40,828 bases of DNA, taken from Terrimicrobiaceae bacterium (GTDB taxonomy: Bacteria > Verrucomicrobiota > Verrucomicrobiia > Chthoniobacterales > Terrimicrobiaceae). Of the stretch, positions 1 through 8,636 are shown piece by piece. The stretch spans positions 1 to 40,828 of the forward strand of contig JBIIPZ010000030.1 of assembly GCA_044342325.1 (NCBI GenBank). Direction: 5' to 3'. A program made the position numbers and the translations under genes. The notes beneath the pieces were generated by a model that was given only the letters and a program-made list of their open reading frames with translations, was not told the origin of the DNA and did not search any database. Numbering within the stretch: the first letter of the stretch is position 1; each line of letters starts with the position of its first letter.

Positions 1-335
1 TAGATTCCGCATTTTAATGCGATCTAAAGCTGTGATCTTCAAATGCGTCACACCTATTTTCGGTTGCAATTGCTTCATCTTGAATTTTTAATTTAACCCA
101 TTTCTTCTCTCAACCGGACACTAGTGATGCAAAGTCCAATTTCAAAAAGACATTGGTATTACTTCCTCCTGCGCGGGCCATTTTTGTGCTGTGTTCCAGT
201 GGGGAGCATCTTTTAAAAATTCGCCCGCGTGTGACTCGTTGCCAGCAACTCGCCACAGTGCCCGCTCCGCCCTCCCCATTTCGCATTTTCAATTTGATTT
301 CTGTTTGCAAAGCCTCCTTTTTCAGATGATGAGTT

Positions 336-1037
336 GTGATTATAGATGACACAAAAAATCCAGCAACTCGCCCAAGTGCGATTGAATCAGCCATCGCGCA
401 CATCGAGCGAAGCCTATGCCCAAATGGAACGGGCCATGAGGGCATCCCAGAAGGTGAGCGAGTTGGATATGAGTGGCGTGCGATCTTCCGTTGGGCTGAG
501 AGAGAAAGCCTCGTCATCCCGCCGCAGTTAGCCCCGGAGCGCGTCGGCGGGCGGGAACATGATTTGACTTTCCTGCCACTTGAGCGCCGTTGGAGGAAGT
601 TCACCAAACCGGATGGTTGCGGACTCATGGTGGATTTTGCTGACGGATGTCCGTTATTGCTGCCAGGCACTCCCTTGCAATATCTCAAGCGCCTGCAACT
701 CCAGAACAGCTTCTGGGGCGATGATATCCGGCTTGAAGGCGTGCAAATCATGGTGCCCGGCGCAAAGATTGTTACGAACCAACCTGATGTGAAAGGGGAA
801 GCGCCGACGCAGGATTTTTTGAACGATTATTTGTGCGGCGAATTTGGTTTCCGAAAATTGAAAATCCCTCCGATGGGCTACTATAAATCCCATTCCTACC
901 TCCACGGGCGTTTTGCCATGTTTGATGTGCACCCGGCAAATTTCGTTCAGGTCTCGTCCAAGGTCGTCCTGCCGATTGATGTGATTATGATGGAGTGTGA
1001 AGGGGTTGAACTTGCCGCACTGGAAGCCGCGCTTTGA
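336..1037 (+). CDS. Kinase-PolyVal-like Ser/Thr/Tyr kinase (polyvalent-protein kinase domain), stand-alone
   Basis: 233-aa ORF with GGREH, a K in RKFTK, TPLQYLKRLQLQNSFWGDDIRLEGV, IVTNQP, catalytic-loop-like DVHPAN and PIDV. The pattern matches the remembered kinase family of polyvalent proteins. Confidence 0.65.
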   Translation: MIIDDTKNPATRPSAIESAIAHIERSLCPNGTGHEGIPEGERVGYEWRAIFRWAERESLVIPPQLAPERVGGREHDLTFLPLERRWRKFTKPDGCGLMVDFADGCPLLLPGTPLQYLKRLQLQNSFWGDDIRLEGVQIMVPGAKIVTNQPDVKGEAPTQDFLNDYLCGEFGFRKLKIPPMGYYKSHSYLHGRFAMFDVHPANFVQVSSKVVLPIDVIMMECEGVELAALEAAL

Positions 1038-1106
1038 TTGTCCAATCCGCAATCTGTTTCAGGATTTGGCACCGGCACGCGTTACCAGCATCAGAATGCT
1101 CCAAAA

Positions 1107-3341
1107 TCAGGCGGCTTGGAGTTTCTCGACGCGCACATGGGCGTTGTAGTCGGGCACTCCGCCGTGGGCGTCCACCACGCCTTTGCGAATGATGGTGTTT
1201 CCCTCGGGCCAATGGACCTGCAAATTCCCCTGGGCGATCGGCGCGCAGTGCACGCGGCCTTCATAGCGTCCCAGAGTATTTACAAGGGCGATCCGGTCGC
1301 CGGTCACCACATGCAAACGCGCCGCATCCTCGGGGCTCATCAGGATGGCATCACGCGGAGCGTTGTTGAGGGGATCGATCTCGGCGTAGATGAGTGTGTT
1401 GAATTGCTTGCCTCGGCGTGTGCTGACATGAAATTCGCCGGGTTTGCGGTGGAGCGGGGGAATCGCGACATTGCGGAAGTGCCCCCGGCCGTCTGTCGTT
1501 GGAAACTGCCCGTCGGCGCAAAGGTGTGGGCCGCCGTATTGAAAGGCATCACCGGTCTTCCTGAGGTGCTGGACTCCATCGTAGAAGGGGACGACCCGCG
1601 CAATTTCCTCGCGCATTTTCCAACCTGTCTCGCAGCCGAAGAGTGATGCTTTTTCGGGATAGGCCGCCAGCGCGAGGTCGCGCAGGATTTTCCATTCCGC
1701 CTTGGCCTCGCCGACCTGACGAGGAATTTCCGGGGTGAACATGACGCGTCGCTCGGTGCTCGTCTCCATGCCCCCGTCGTCCTGTTCATATCGGGTCTTG
1801 GCTGGCAACAAAAAGACCGCTTCTTGCGTTGGTATGAACATCTGATCGGTGAGGATGATGTCCTGATGCACACGCACCGGCACTCGACTCATCGCCTCCC
1901 TCACATAGTCGGGCTCTGGCAGGGTGCGGAGAAAATTTCCGCCCAGACAGTAAAAGACATCAAGCTCGCCGCGTTCGCAGGCCTCGACCATTTCGGTCGC
2001 CGGCATTCCAGGCCAATCGGGAACGGGGAAGCCGTATTCTTTCGAGAGTTTTTCGGCGTTTTCGGGAGTGATCGATTTGTTTCCGGGAAAAGCGGTGGCA
2101 TAGGCTCCCATCTCGGCACCGCCTTGCACCGAGGAGTGACCGCGGATCGGCATGACGCCGTTTTTGTCGCGGCCGATGTAGCCCCGTGCCAGAGCGAGAT
2201 TGAGAATCGTCTGAACCCCGTCGCCGCCGAACGGATGCTGGGTGATGCCCATGCTCCAGACGAGAACGGCGTTTTTTGCATCGCGGATGAGTTCCGCAAA
2301 GTCGCGCATCGCCGCGCGGTCGAGTCCGGCGTCTTTTTCCAGCGCTTCCCAGTCCATCGCCGCCACATGGGCCTTGAGTTCCTCGAATCCCGTTGTGTGC
2401 TGGTCGATGAAGTTTTGATTAACCCATCCCTCGGCGAAGAGGATTTTCATTATGCCCGAGAGGAACGCGATATCGCCGCCTTGGCTCACTGGGAACCAGT
2501 AGTCGGCGATGTTCGTGCCGAAGAGCGCGGAGTCGGCATTCGAGGGAACCCAATACTTTTTCATTCCGGGCTCGAAGTAGGGATTCACCAGAACGATTTT
2601 CGTCCCGAGCTTTTTGGATTCGTGCAGATACTTTGTGGAAACTGGTTGGTCGTTGGCGGGGTTTGAGCCGAAAAAAATCACGAGGTCGGTTCCATACCAA
2701 TCCTTGTAGCTGCAGGTCGTGGCGGCCACGCCGAGCGCCTCTTTCATGGCCGCGCCCGAGGGCGAGTGGCAAATGCGGGCCGCGTTGTCCACATGGTTGG
2801 TGCCGAGGAATCGGGCCGCCTTCTGTGCCATGTAGTAGATTTCATTCGTCACGCCGCGCGCCGTCACAAAAAACGCCATGCGGTGCGGATCGGTGGCTCG
2901 TAGCTTCGCCCCGAGGCGTTGATCGACCTCATTCCACGAAATGCGGCGAAATCCCGGCGCGCCCTTTTCGCGGACCATGGGATAGGGCAGGCGTCCCAGT
3001 TCCCGCAGTTGCGCGTTGTCCATTTTTTCCAATTTCGAGACATCAGCCAGAAGCCGCTCGTCGAGGGCGGAAACCGTGTTTAGACGCAGAAGATTCAGAC
3101 GCGTCATGCACAGATGCGGCCCCTTCACCGTCCAATCGTGCAGACCCGCCACGCCGAGCGCGCAGCCATCGCAGACGCCGCGAGTGATGACTTTCCAAGC
3201 ATAAGGAAGGTTGTCCTTGTTCTTCCAAACGACATGGAGCATGTCGCGAAAGTGCTTCGGCTTGGTGCGGCCAATGCCGAATGGCGCGCAACCCTTGAGT
3301 TTCTGAAGGAACGAACGGCGGACGGCGTGGGATGAACTCAT
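1107..3341 (-). CDS. FdhF/YdeP family molybdopterin oxidoreductase
   Basis: GVCDGCALG, RFLGTNHVDNAARICHSPS, MPIRGHSSVQG and a C-terminal STRRGKQFN molybdopterin-dinucleotide-binding domain. ATG 3341 preferred over 3359. Confidence 0.9.
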   Translation of the reverse strand: MSSSHAVRRSFLQKLKGCAPFGIGRTKPKHFRDMLHVVWKNKDNLPYAWKVITRGVCDGCALGVAGLHDWTVKGPHLCMTRLNLLRLNTVSALDERLLADVSKLEKMDNAQLRELGRLPYPMVREKGAPGFRRISWNEVDQRLGAKLRATDPHRMAFFVTARGVTNEIYYMAQKAARFLGTNHVDNAARICHSPSGAAMKEALGVAATTCSYKDWYGTDLVIFFGSNPANDQPVSTKYLHESKKLGTKIVLVNPYFEPGMKKYWVPSNADSALFGTNIADYWFPVSQGGDIAFLSGIMKILFAEGWVNQNFIDQHTTGFEELKAHVAAMDWEALEKDAGLDRAAMRDFAELIRDAKNAVLVWSMGITQHPFGGDGVQTILNLALARGYIGRDKNGVMPIRGHSSVQGGAEMGAYATAFPGNKSITPENAEKLSKEYGFPVPDWPGMPATEMVEACERGELDVFYCLGGNFLRTLPEPDYVREAMSRVPVRVHQDIILTDQMFIPTQEAVFLLPAKTRYEQDDGGMETSTERRVMFTPEIPRQVGEAKAEWKILRDLALAAYPEKASLFGCETGWKMREEIARVVPFYDGVQHLRKTGDAFQYGGPHLCADGQFPTTDGRGHFRNVAIPPLHRKPGEFHVSTRRGKQFNTLIYAEIDPLNNAPRDAILMSPEDAARLHVVTGDRIALVNTLGRYEGRVHCAPIAQGNLQVHWPEGNTIIRKGVVDAHGGVPDYNAHVRVEKLQAA

Positions 3342-3362
3342 AAAAAGAATAATCCACAAACA

Positions 3363-3378
3363 TTGACAGTCTGGTCAA
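3363..3378. promoter_or_regulatory. Candidate operator palindrome TTGAC-N6-GTCAA upstream of the FdhF/YdeP gene
   Basis: ttgacagtctggtcaa lies 22-37 nt upstream of ATG 3341. Confidence 0.25.
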
Positions 3379-3463
3379 AACATCTTTCACATGGAAAGCA
3401 GGTTATGCCAAGGCCTGATTGCTTTGGGGCTTCTGGATTATAGAAATGCGGAATTCGGAAGAG

Positions 3464-4312
3464 CTACTCGGCGAGGATTTCGTTCCAGATTTTTTTGATG
3501 TCGTTGCCGAGAACGACTGTGTCCTGCCAGATGTTCGGGAAGCAGCTCAGGTTGTAGCCGATGGTGGTGCCTTGTTCGGGCATGACCCATAGTTCGTTGT
3601 TCGGGCGTGGGCCTGCGAGCCAGTGCTTGAGGGCTTGACGGATGAACGGGCGGCAATCTTCGTATTCGGGCGAGAAGTTGCCTTTGCCGTCGGTGATCGG
3701 AATCATGCAGTGGTGGCCGTTGAATGGGCGCATGTGCCAGAGGTTCGCCTGCTGGAAGACCGGGATGTTGGATTCGTCAAAGAGGCGGGTGATGTAGTCC
3801 TTCGGGACGAGGTGCTTGACGATGGCCGGGTGCGAGAAGTCGTAGTTCATGCGGGGTGCCTGGCCTGTGGCTTTGAGGACTCCGGCCACAATGGCGGCGG
3901 CTTTTTCCGGAGTCTCGGTGCAGGTGTCGCGGTGGACTTCAAGGTGGACCAGGGCGTTCTGTTTTTTCGCCTCCGCCATCAAGGCGATCGTCAAAGCGAC
4001 AGCCTCGTCGCTTGGCGTGTCATGGTCGGCGAGTTGGCAATTGATCGGGCCGTTGTCGATGGCCATGAGAGCGGCGATTTTGGGGGCGAATTGCTCGACC
4101 CGTCCGGCGTCGAACGCCCCGCCGAACCGCAAGCCGTATTCCTTGATCAGCTCCTTGATCTTCGGGAAATCGGGCGTGCCGCAGTAGCCTTGGAAGCCGG
4201 CATCCCGGACCAGCGACAAATGGGTGCGCAGGCCCTCCTCGGTGGTGGGATCGCCTTCGTGGAGGAGCGACCAGTAGTTGATGTGGATTTTCAGGGTCGG
4301 GGCGGTAGACAT
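3464..4312 (-). CDS. Xylose isomerase-like TIM-barrel protein (sugar phosphate isomerase/epimerase family)
   Basis: AGFQG, HLEVHRDTCTETP, NYDFSHP, WHMRPFNGH and WVMPEQG supply the E/H/D/H/E metal-ligand pattern. The gene starts 16 nt downstream of the fusion gene. Confidence 0.75.
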   Translation of the reverse strand: MSTAPTLKIHINYWSLLHEGDPTTEEGLRTHLSLVRDAGFQGYCGTPDFPKIKELIKEYGLRFGGAFDAGRVEQFAPKIAALMAIDNGPINCQLADHDTPSDEAVALTIALMAEAKKQNALVHLEVHRDTCTETPEKAAAIVAGVLKATGQAPRMNYDFSHPAIVKHLVPKDYITRLFDESNIPVFQQANLWHMRPFNGHHCMIPITDGKGNFSPEYEDCRPFIRQALKHWLAGPRPNNELWVMPEQGTTIGYNLSCFPNIWQDTVVLGNDIKKIWNEILAE

Positions 4313-4328
4313 AGCAGTGCTTTCGTTT

Positions 4329-6623
4329 TTAGAATTCGTCGAAGGCGATGTGGTTTTTATCGACGCCCATGCCTTCGAGCATGGTGCGGGCGGCTTGGAT
4401 CATCGGTTGCGGGCCGCAGAGATAGTATTCCAAGGTGGCAGGGTCTTTGTGTTGGCCGAGGTATTCGCGGTGGAGCACTTCGTGGATGAAGCCGGTGTGT
4501 GAGGTCCAGTTGTCCTCCGGCAGCGGCTCGGAGAGGGCGATGTGGAATTTGAAGTTCGGGAACTTCCGCGCGAGGTCTTCGAAGTAGTCTTGATAGAAAA
4601 CTTCCTGCTTCGAGCGGGCGCCATACCAGAAGCTGACCTTGCGTCCGGTTTTCAGCGTGTCGAAGAGGTGCGAGAGGTGGGAGCGGAGCGGGGCCATGCC
4701 GGCGCCGCCGCCGAGGTAGATCATTTCGTTTTCCGTATCCTTCACGAGGAAGTCGCCGAAGGGGCCGAACGCCTTCACGGTGTCGCCTGGCTTGAGGTTC
4801 CAGACATAGGAGGACCCGACGCCGGCTTTGCAGTCCTGCCCGCGCGGCGGCGTGGCGATGCGGACATTGAAGCGGATTTGGGTGTCCGTTTTGGGATTTG
4901 TCGCGAGCGAGTAGTTGCGGCGCACCTCGGCGTGGTTCTCGGTGGCGTAGTCAAAGACATGGTTGGCCTTCCAGACGGCGTCGAATGGCGGGCGGATATT
5001 GAAGTTTTCAAACGAGATCTTCCCGTAGGCAGGGATGAACATTTGGATGTATTGGCCGGCCTGGTAGTCGAGCTTGGGCGTGTCGGGAAGAGGCTCAAGA
5101 ACGACCTCTTTGATAAATGTGGAGACATTCTCGTTGCTAACAACGCGGAAGGTGTAGGCCGTGGCGGCTTGCTTCGCGCCTTCGCCGCCGGCTTTGTAGA
5201 CATTCATAAAAATCCGGCCCTCGGTGACGCGGACCGGATAGGTTTTGAGGGCAATGCAGACCGGTGGACGCTGGGTCGAACCGTCGCGCATGTCGAAGCG
5301 GCCATTGTGTTTCGGGCACTCGATGAGGTTTCCTTTCACCATGCCGGTGGCGAGGTGCGTGTTGCCGTGGGTGCAGATGCCGTCGGTCGCGTGGTATTGG
5401 TCATCACCCGAGCGGTAGACCGCATAGGTGCTGCCGCCGTAGTCGAAGCGCAGCACATCCTCGCGCAGGAGCGCATCCACAGGGGCGACTTCGATCCAAC
5501 CTTCGGCGTCCGCCATGCCGGTTGAGACGATGGTTTTTGCCGCCTCGTTTGCTGCGGAGCGGACGGTGGGCGTCGGGAGAACGCGCTTCACAAAATAGCC
5601 GGGGTCTTTGACCTGACGCAGAACGGCGGGAATGATCTCGCTCCACGCATGGAAGATGCTGCGGTAGGGAGTCGGCATGTCGGGCTTCACGACTTCGTGG
5701 AGTTTCGGCAGGTTGTGATACGGCACCAACGGGAACATGTGGTGCTCCACATGGTAGTTCATGTTCCAATACAAAAATCGGTTGATCGGATTCATGTAAA
5801 CCGTCCGGCAGTTCATGCGGTGGTCGAGCACATTTTCAGCAAGACCGGCGTGCTGTGTGAAGCCATAGATCGGCATCATCCAGGCCCCGAGGAGGTTTGG
5901 CAGGCCGATGTAAAGAAGCGGCAGGATGCTGCCCAAATAGAAGCATGCGGCGATCACCGTGATGTAGATGGCAAGGTAAACGCGCGCTTTGAAATAAATC
6001 GCGGGACGCGCCGACTCGGGAATGTAGGTCGCCTCTTCGGCATCCAGACTGCCTGCGGCGTGGCGGAACACCTTCTTGAAATAGGCGATGGCGGCTGGGT
6101 AGCCGAGAAATGTCGTCAGAAAGCTTTTAATGCTGGCCGGGCGGGGAACGGCGATTTCGGGGTCGCGGCCAACGACAATCGTGTCGCTGTGATGCCGAGT
6201 GTGGCTCCAACGCCAAACAGTGCTCTCACGCATGACCATGAACGAGGAAATCTCGTAAAGCGCGTTGTTCATCCAATCGCTCTTGAACGCGGTGCCGTGG
6301 CTCGACTCGTGCCAGCGCGAATCCGAGGTCGTGCCGTAAATCACCCAATACGCCATGAAGGGAACCAGCGCCCAGGCACTTGGCCAGAGGAGAAATCCCG
6401 CATAGCCGAAAAGACCGAGTAGGCCGAACCAAATGATTGTGTCGCGAATGGCAGGGCCGTTTTTGCGTTCGAGCAATTGGCGCATCACATCACGCGGAAC
6501 GGGGGATTGATACCACTCCGCTTCGGCGAGGCCTTTTTCAACGGCCAGTTTGGAATTCACACCGACGAGACTGTAGTCACTCAGTTGATGGGGTTTTGAA
6601 TCGGATTCGGCAATGGCGCTCAT
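4329..6623 (-). CDS. Fusion protein: MocD-like membrane di-iron oxygenase (fatty-acid desaturase fold) + Rieske [2Fe-2S] ferredoxin (MocE-like) + NqrF-like FAD/NADH reductase
   Basis: His boxes HESSH, HTRHH, QH and HVEHH plus TM helices (aa ~1-350). Rieske CTH...CPKH (Cys417). NqrF-like RNYSLA, NVRIATPP, SSYVWNLKPGD, GGGAGMAPLRSH, WYGARS, EYYLCGP and terminal FDEF. Confidence 0.9.
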   Translation of the reverse strand: MSAIAESDSKPHQLSDYSLVGVNSKLAVEKGLAEAEWYQSPVPRDVMRQLLERKNGPAIRDTIIWFGLLGLFGYAGFLLWPSAWALVPFMAYWVIYGTTSDSRWHESSHGTAFKSDWMNNALYEISSFMVMRESTVWRWSHTRHHSDTIVVGRDPEIAVPRPASIKSFLTTFLGYPAAIAYFKKVFRHAAGSLDAEEATYIPESARPAIYFKARVYLAIYITVIAACFYLGSILPLLYIGLPNLLGAWMMPIYGFTQHAGLAENVLDHRMNCRTVYMNPINRFLYWNMNYHVEHHMFPLVPYHNLPKLHEVVKPDMPTPYRSIFHAWSEIIPAVLRQVKDPGYFVKRVLPTPTVRSAANEAAKTIVSTGMADAEGWIEVAPVDALLREDVLRFDYGGSTYAVYRSGDDQYHATDGICTHGNTHLATGMVKGNLIECPKHNGRFDMRDGSTQRPPVCIALKTYPVRVTEGRIFMNVYKAGGEGAKQAATAYTFRVVSNENVSTFIKEVVLEPLPDTPKLDYQAGQYIQMFIPAYGKISFENFNIRPPFDAVWKANHVFDYATENHAEVRRNYSLATNPKTDTQIRFNVRIATPPRGQDCKAGVGSSYVWNLKPGDTVKAFGPFGDFLVKDTENEMIYLGGGAGMAPLRSHLSHLFDTLKTGRKVSFWYGARSKQEVFYQDYFEDLARKFPNFKFHIALSEPLPEDNWTSHTGFIHEVLHREYLGQHKDPATLEYYLCGPQPMIQAARTMLEGMGVDKNHIAFDEF

Positions 6624-6722
6624 TGTTTTTGGGGTGTTAGTTGATTTTGGGATTTTATGAAGTCAGGGAGGGGATTTGCGGCTCTTTGGGGAAGGTGCGA
6701 ATCCATCCATTTGGCTTATGCG

Positions 6723-6769
6723 ACGATAGAGTGGGCTGGGATTTTGCCAATGGGCTGGAGTTCGTTAAA
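6723..6769 (-). promoter_or_regulatory. Putative promoter (TTGGCA-16-TATCGT) of the fusion gene, overlapped by tandem TGGGCTGG direct repeats (candidate AraC sites)
   Basis: TGGGCTGG at 6732-6739 and 6751-6758. Minus-strand -35 at 6750-6745 and -10 at 6728-6723. Confidence 0.3.
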
Positions 6770-6829
6770 TATGCACAAAATTCGCATTTCGACTTGTAGC
6801 TGGTTTGGGAGTGCTGCGAGAATTTCGGT

Positions 6830-7723
6830 ATGGACCCGATACCCGTGTCGCCGCGCTTGGAACTCAAATATATTTACGGCTCGGTGGTGCATTACCGTCC
6901 GGGTGACAAGCTCGCGCCGCGTTTGCTTCAGGATTTCGAGTTAGTGTTGATGATCGAGGGGACGGCCAACTACCGCTGCGGCGCGGTGGACCACAAGGCG
7001 CCGCCTGGGAGTTTGATTCTGGCTCGGCCTGGCTTTCAGGAGGCTTACAGCTGGGATACGGGAGGTGCAACGCGACATGCGTATGTGCATTTCGATATAG
7101 AGGCCATTCCTGAAGGCTGGGCGCAGCCAGATAAGTGGCCGATTCTGATTAAAAATCCCGCTCCCGTGGTCGCGCCAATGCTGCGCCACCTGCTGGGCCG
7201 TATTTCCGCCCATGGTGAAACAGCCTGGCCCACTTTGCGCGCTTGGCCAGAGGAGAGTCTTTTCATGGAGTGTCTGTTGGGAATTTTGATTCAACCCTCG
7301 CGAGACGAGGCCCTCGCCGTGGGGGACCGCTTGCCCGAGCAGGTGCACGCTTCGTTGAATTTCATGAGAGCGATCCTGGACACGAATCCTCATTACGCCC
7401 TGCAACTCGGCGAACTCTCAAAACGAGCGGGAGTCACCGAAAAACACCTCTGCCGCGTTTTCCAGACATCACTCGGCCATGCGCCCATGGAGACATTTCG
7501 CCTCCTCAAACTCCAACTCGCCATGGCCCTGCTGGGGCGATCCAGTTTGGCTATTAAAGAAATTGCCGACCGCTGCGGGTTTGAGAATCCGCTTTATTTT
7601 ACGCGATGCTTCACACGGGTGTATGGAAAATCCCCCACCGAAACGCGGCAGTCGTTGCTCAAGCAAGAAGCCCCTCCGCCGAACCCGCTGCCACCGGATA
7701 TCGCGCCGAGGATATATTGGTGA
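6830..7723 (+). CDS. AraC family transcriptional regulator
   Basis: N-terminal cupin-like ligand domain and C-terminal double HTH (LSKRAGVTEKHLCRVF; IKEIADRCGFENPLYFTRCFTRVYGKSP). Divergent from the fusion gene. Confidence 0.95.
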   Translation: MDPIPVSPRLELKYIYGSVVHYRPGDKLAPRLLQDFELVLMIEGTANYRCGAVDHKAPPGSLILARPGFQEAYSWDTGGATRHAYVHFDIEAIPEGWAQPDKWPILIKNPAPVVAPMLRHLLGRISAHGETAWPTLRAWPEESLFMECLLGILIQPSRDEALAVGDRLPEQVHASLNFMRAILDTNPHYALQLGELSKRAGVTEKHLCRVFQTSLGHAPMETFRLLKLQLAMALLGRSSLAIKEIADRCGFENPLYFTRCFTRVYGKSPTETRQSLLKQEAPPPNPLPPDIAPRIYW

Positions 7724-7725
7724 AC

Positions 7726-7753
7726 CATCCATGCAGGAGATCCCGCATGAATG
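7726..7753. terminator. Hairpin between convergent araC and gpmA
   Basis: catccatgcagga-ga-tcccgcatgaatg. The mismatches become G-U pairs on the minus strand; the U-tract is weak. Confidence 0.35.
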
Positions 7754-7786
7754 ATTTTCCGAGGTGTCTGCGGACGGGACGGGCCC

Positions 7787-8533
7787 TTACTTGGACTTGC
7801 CTTGATTGGCCACGGCGTTCATCGCAGCTGCAATGGCATCCTGGTCGCCCAGGTAGTAGCTCTTGATTGGCTTGAGATCGGCGTCGAGCTCGTAAACCAG
7901 CGGAATGCCGGTCGGGATGTTCAGCTTCAGAACCTGCTCTTCTGTGAGGTTGTCGAGATACTTCACGAGGGCGCGGAGGCTGTTGCCGTGGGCGGCGATA
8001 ATCACCTTTTTTCCGGACTTCACAGTCGGGGCGATCTTTTCATGCCAGAGCGGAAGGAAGCGATCGACAGTGTCCTTGAGGCACTCCGTAAGGGGGAGTT
8101 GGGATTCGGAGATGCCTGCGTAGCGTGGGTCGTGTCCGGGCCAGCGCTCGTCGGATTTCTCGAGTGGTGGTGGAGGAATGTCATAGCTACGGCGCCAGAC
8201 CAGAACCTGCTCGTCGCCGAACTTCGCGGCGGTCTCGGCTTTGTTGAGGCCTTGGAGCGCGCCGTAGTGGCGTTCGTTGAGACGCCAGTCCTTTTCCATG
8301 GGAATCCAGAGTTGATCGAGCTCGGTCAGAACGCCCCAGAGCGTGTTGAGGGCTCGTTTCAGGACCGAGACATAGGCGATATCGAAGGTGAAGCCCTCTT
8401 TTTTGAGTAGCTCGCCGGCAGCCTTCGCCTCGGCGCGGCCTTTGTCGCTGAGTTCGACATCGTGCCAACCTGTGAAGCGGTTTTCTTTGTTCCAAGTGCT
8501 TTCGCCGTGACGGATGAGGACAAGTTTATGCAT
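7787..8533 (-). CDS. gpmA: 2,3-bisphosphoglycerate-dependent phosphoglycerate mutase
   Basis: [43 protein letters not shown] and [12 protein letters not shown]. Start at ATG 8533 (MHKLV). Confidence 0.97.
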   Translation of the reverse strand: MHKLVLIRHGESTWNKENRFTGWHDVELSDKGRAEAKAAGELLKKEGFTFDIAYVSVLKRALNTLWGVLTELDQLWIPMEKDWRLNERHYGALQGLNKAETAAKFGDEQVLVWRRSYDIPPPPLEKSDERWPGHDPRYAGISESQLPLTECLKDTVDRFLPLWHEKIAPTVKSGKKVIIAAHGNSLRALVKYLDNLTEEQVLKLNIPTGIPLVYELDADLKPIKSYYLGDQDAIAAAMNAVANQGKSK

Positions 8534-8636
8534 TGAGTAAAAAAGGATCGAGCGCTGGTTATAGGAAGCCCTCTGCTCCTTGGCAATTTTTACCGGCAAA
8601 AAGAGACTTTCTCATGCCGACGCAAGTGAGCGGATA

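Noticed and set aside
1..335. AT-rich left flank with short minus-strand frames (e.g. ATG 78 open to the edge; AGGAGG near 165-170)
   Set aside because: No recognisable product, and the SD-like motif precedes a 3-codon ORF. Cannot be called without upstream context.
3383..3398. parS-like sequence tctttcacatggaaag
   Set aside because: Only 12/16 match to TGTTTCACGTGGAACA, with conserved positions broken
3396..3411. sigma54-like TTGGCATAACCTGC on the minus strand
   Set aside because: GG-GC spacing is 8 nt, not the obligatory 10
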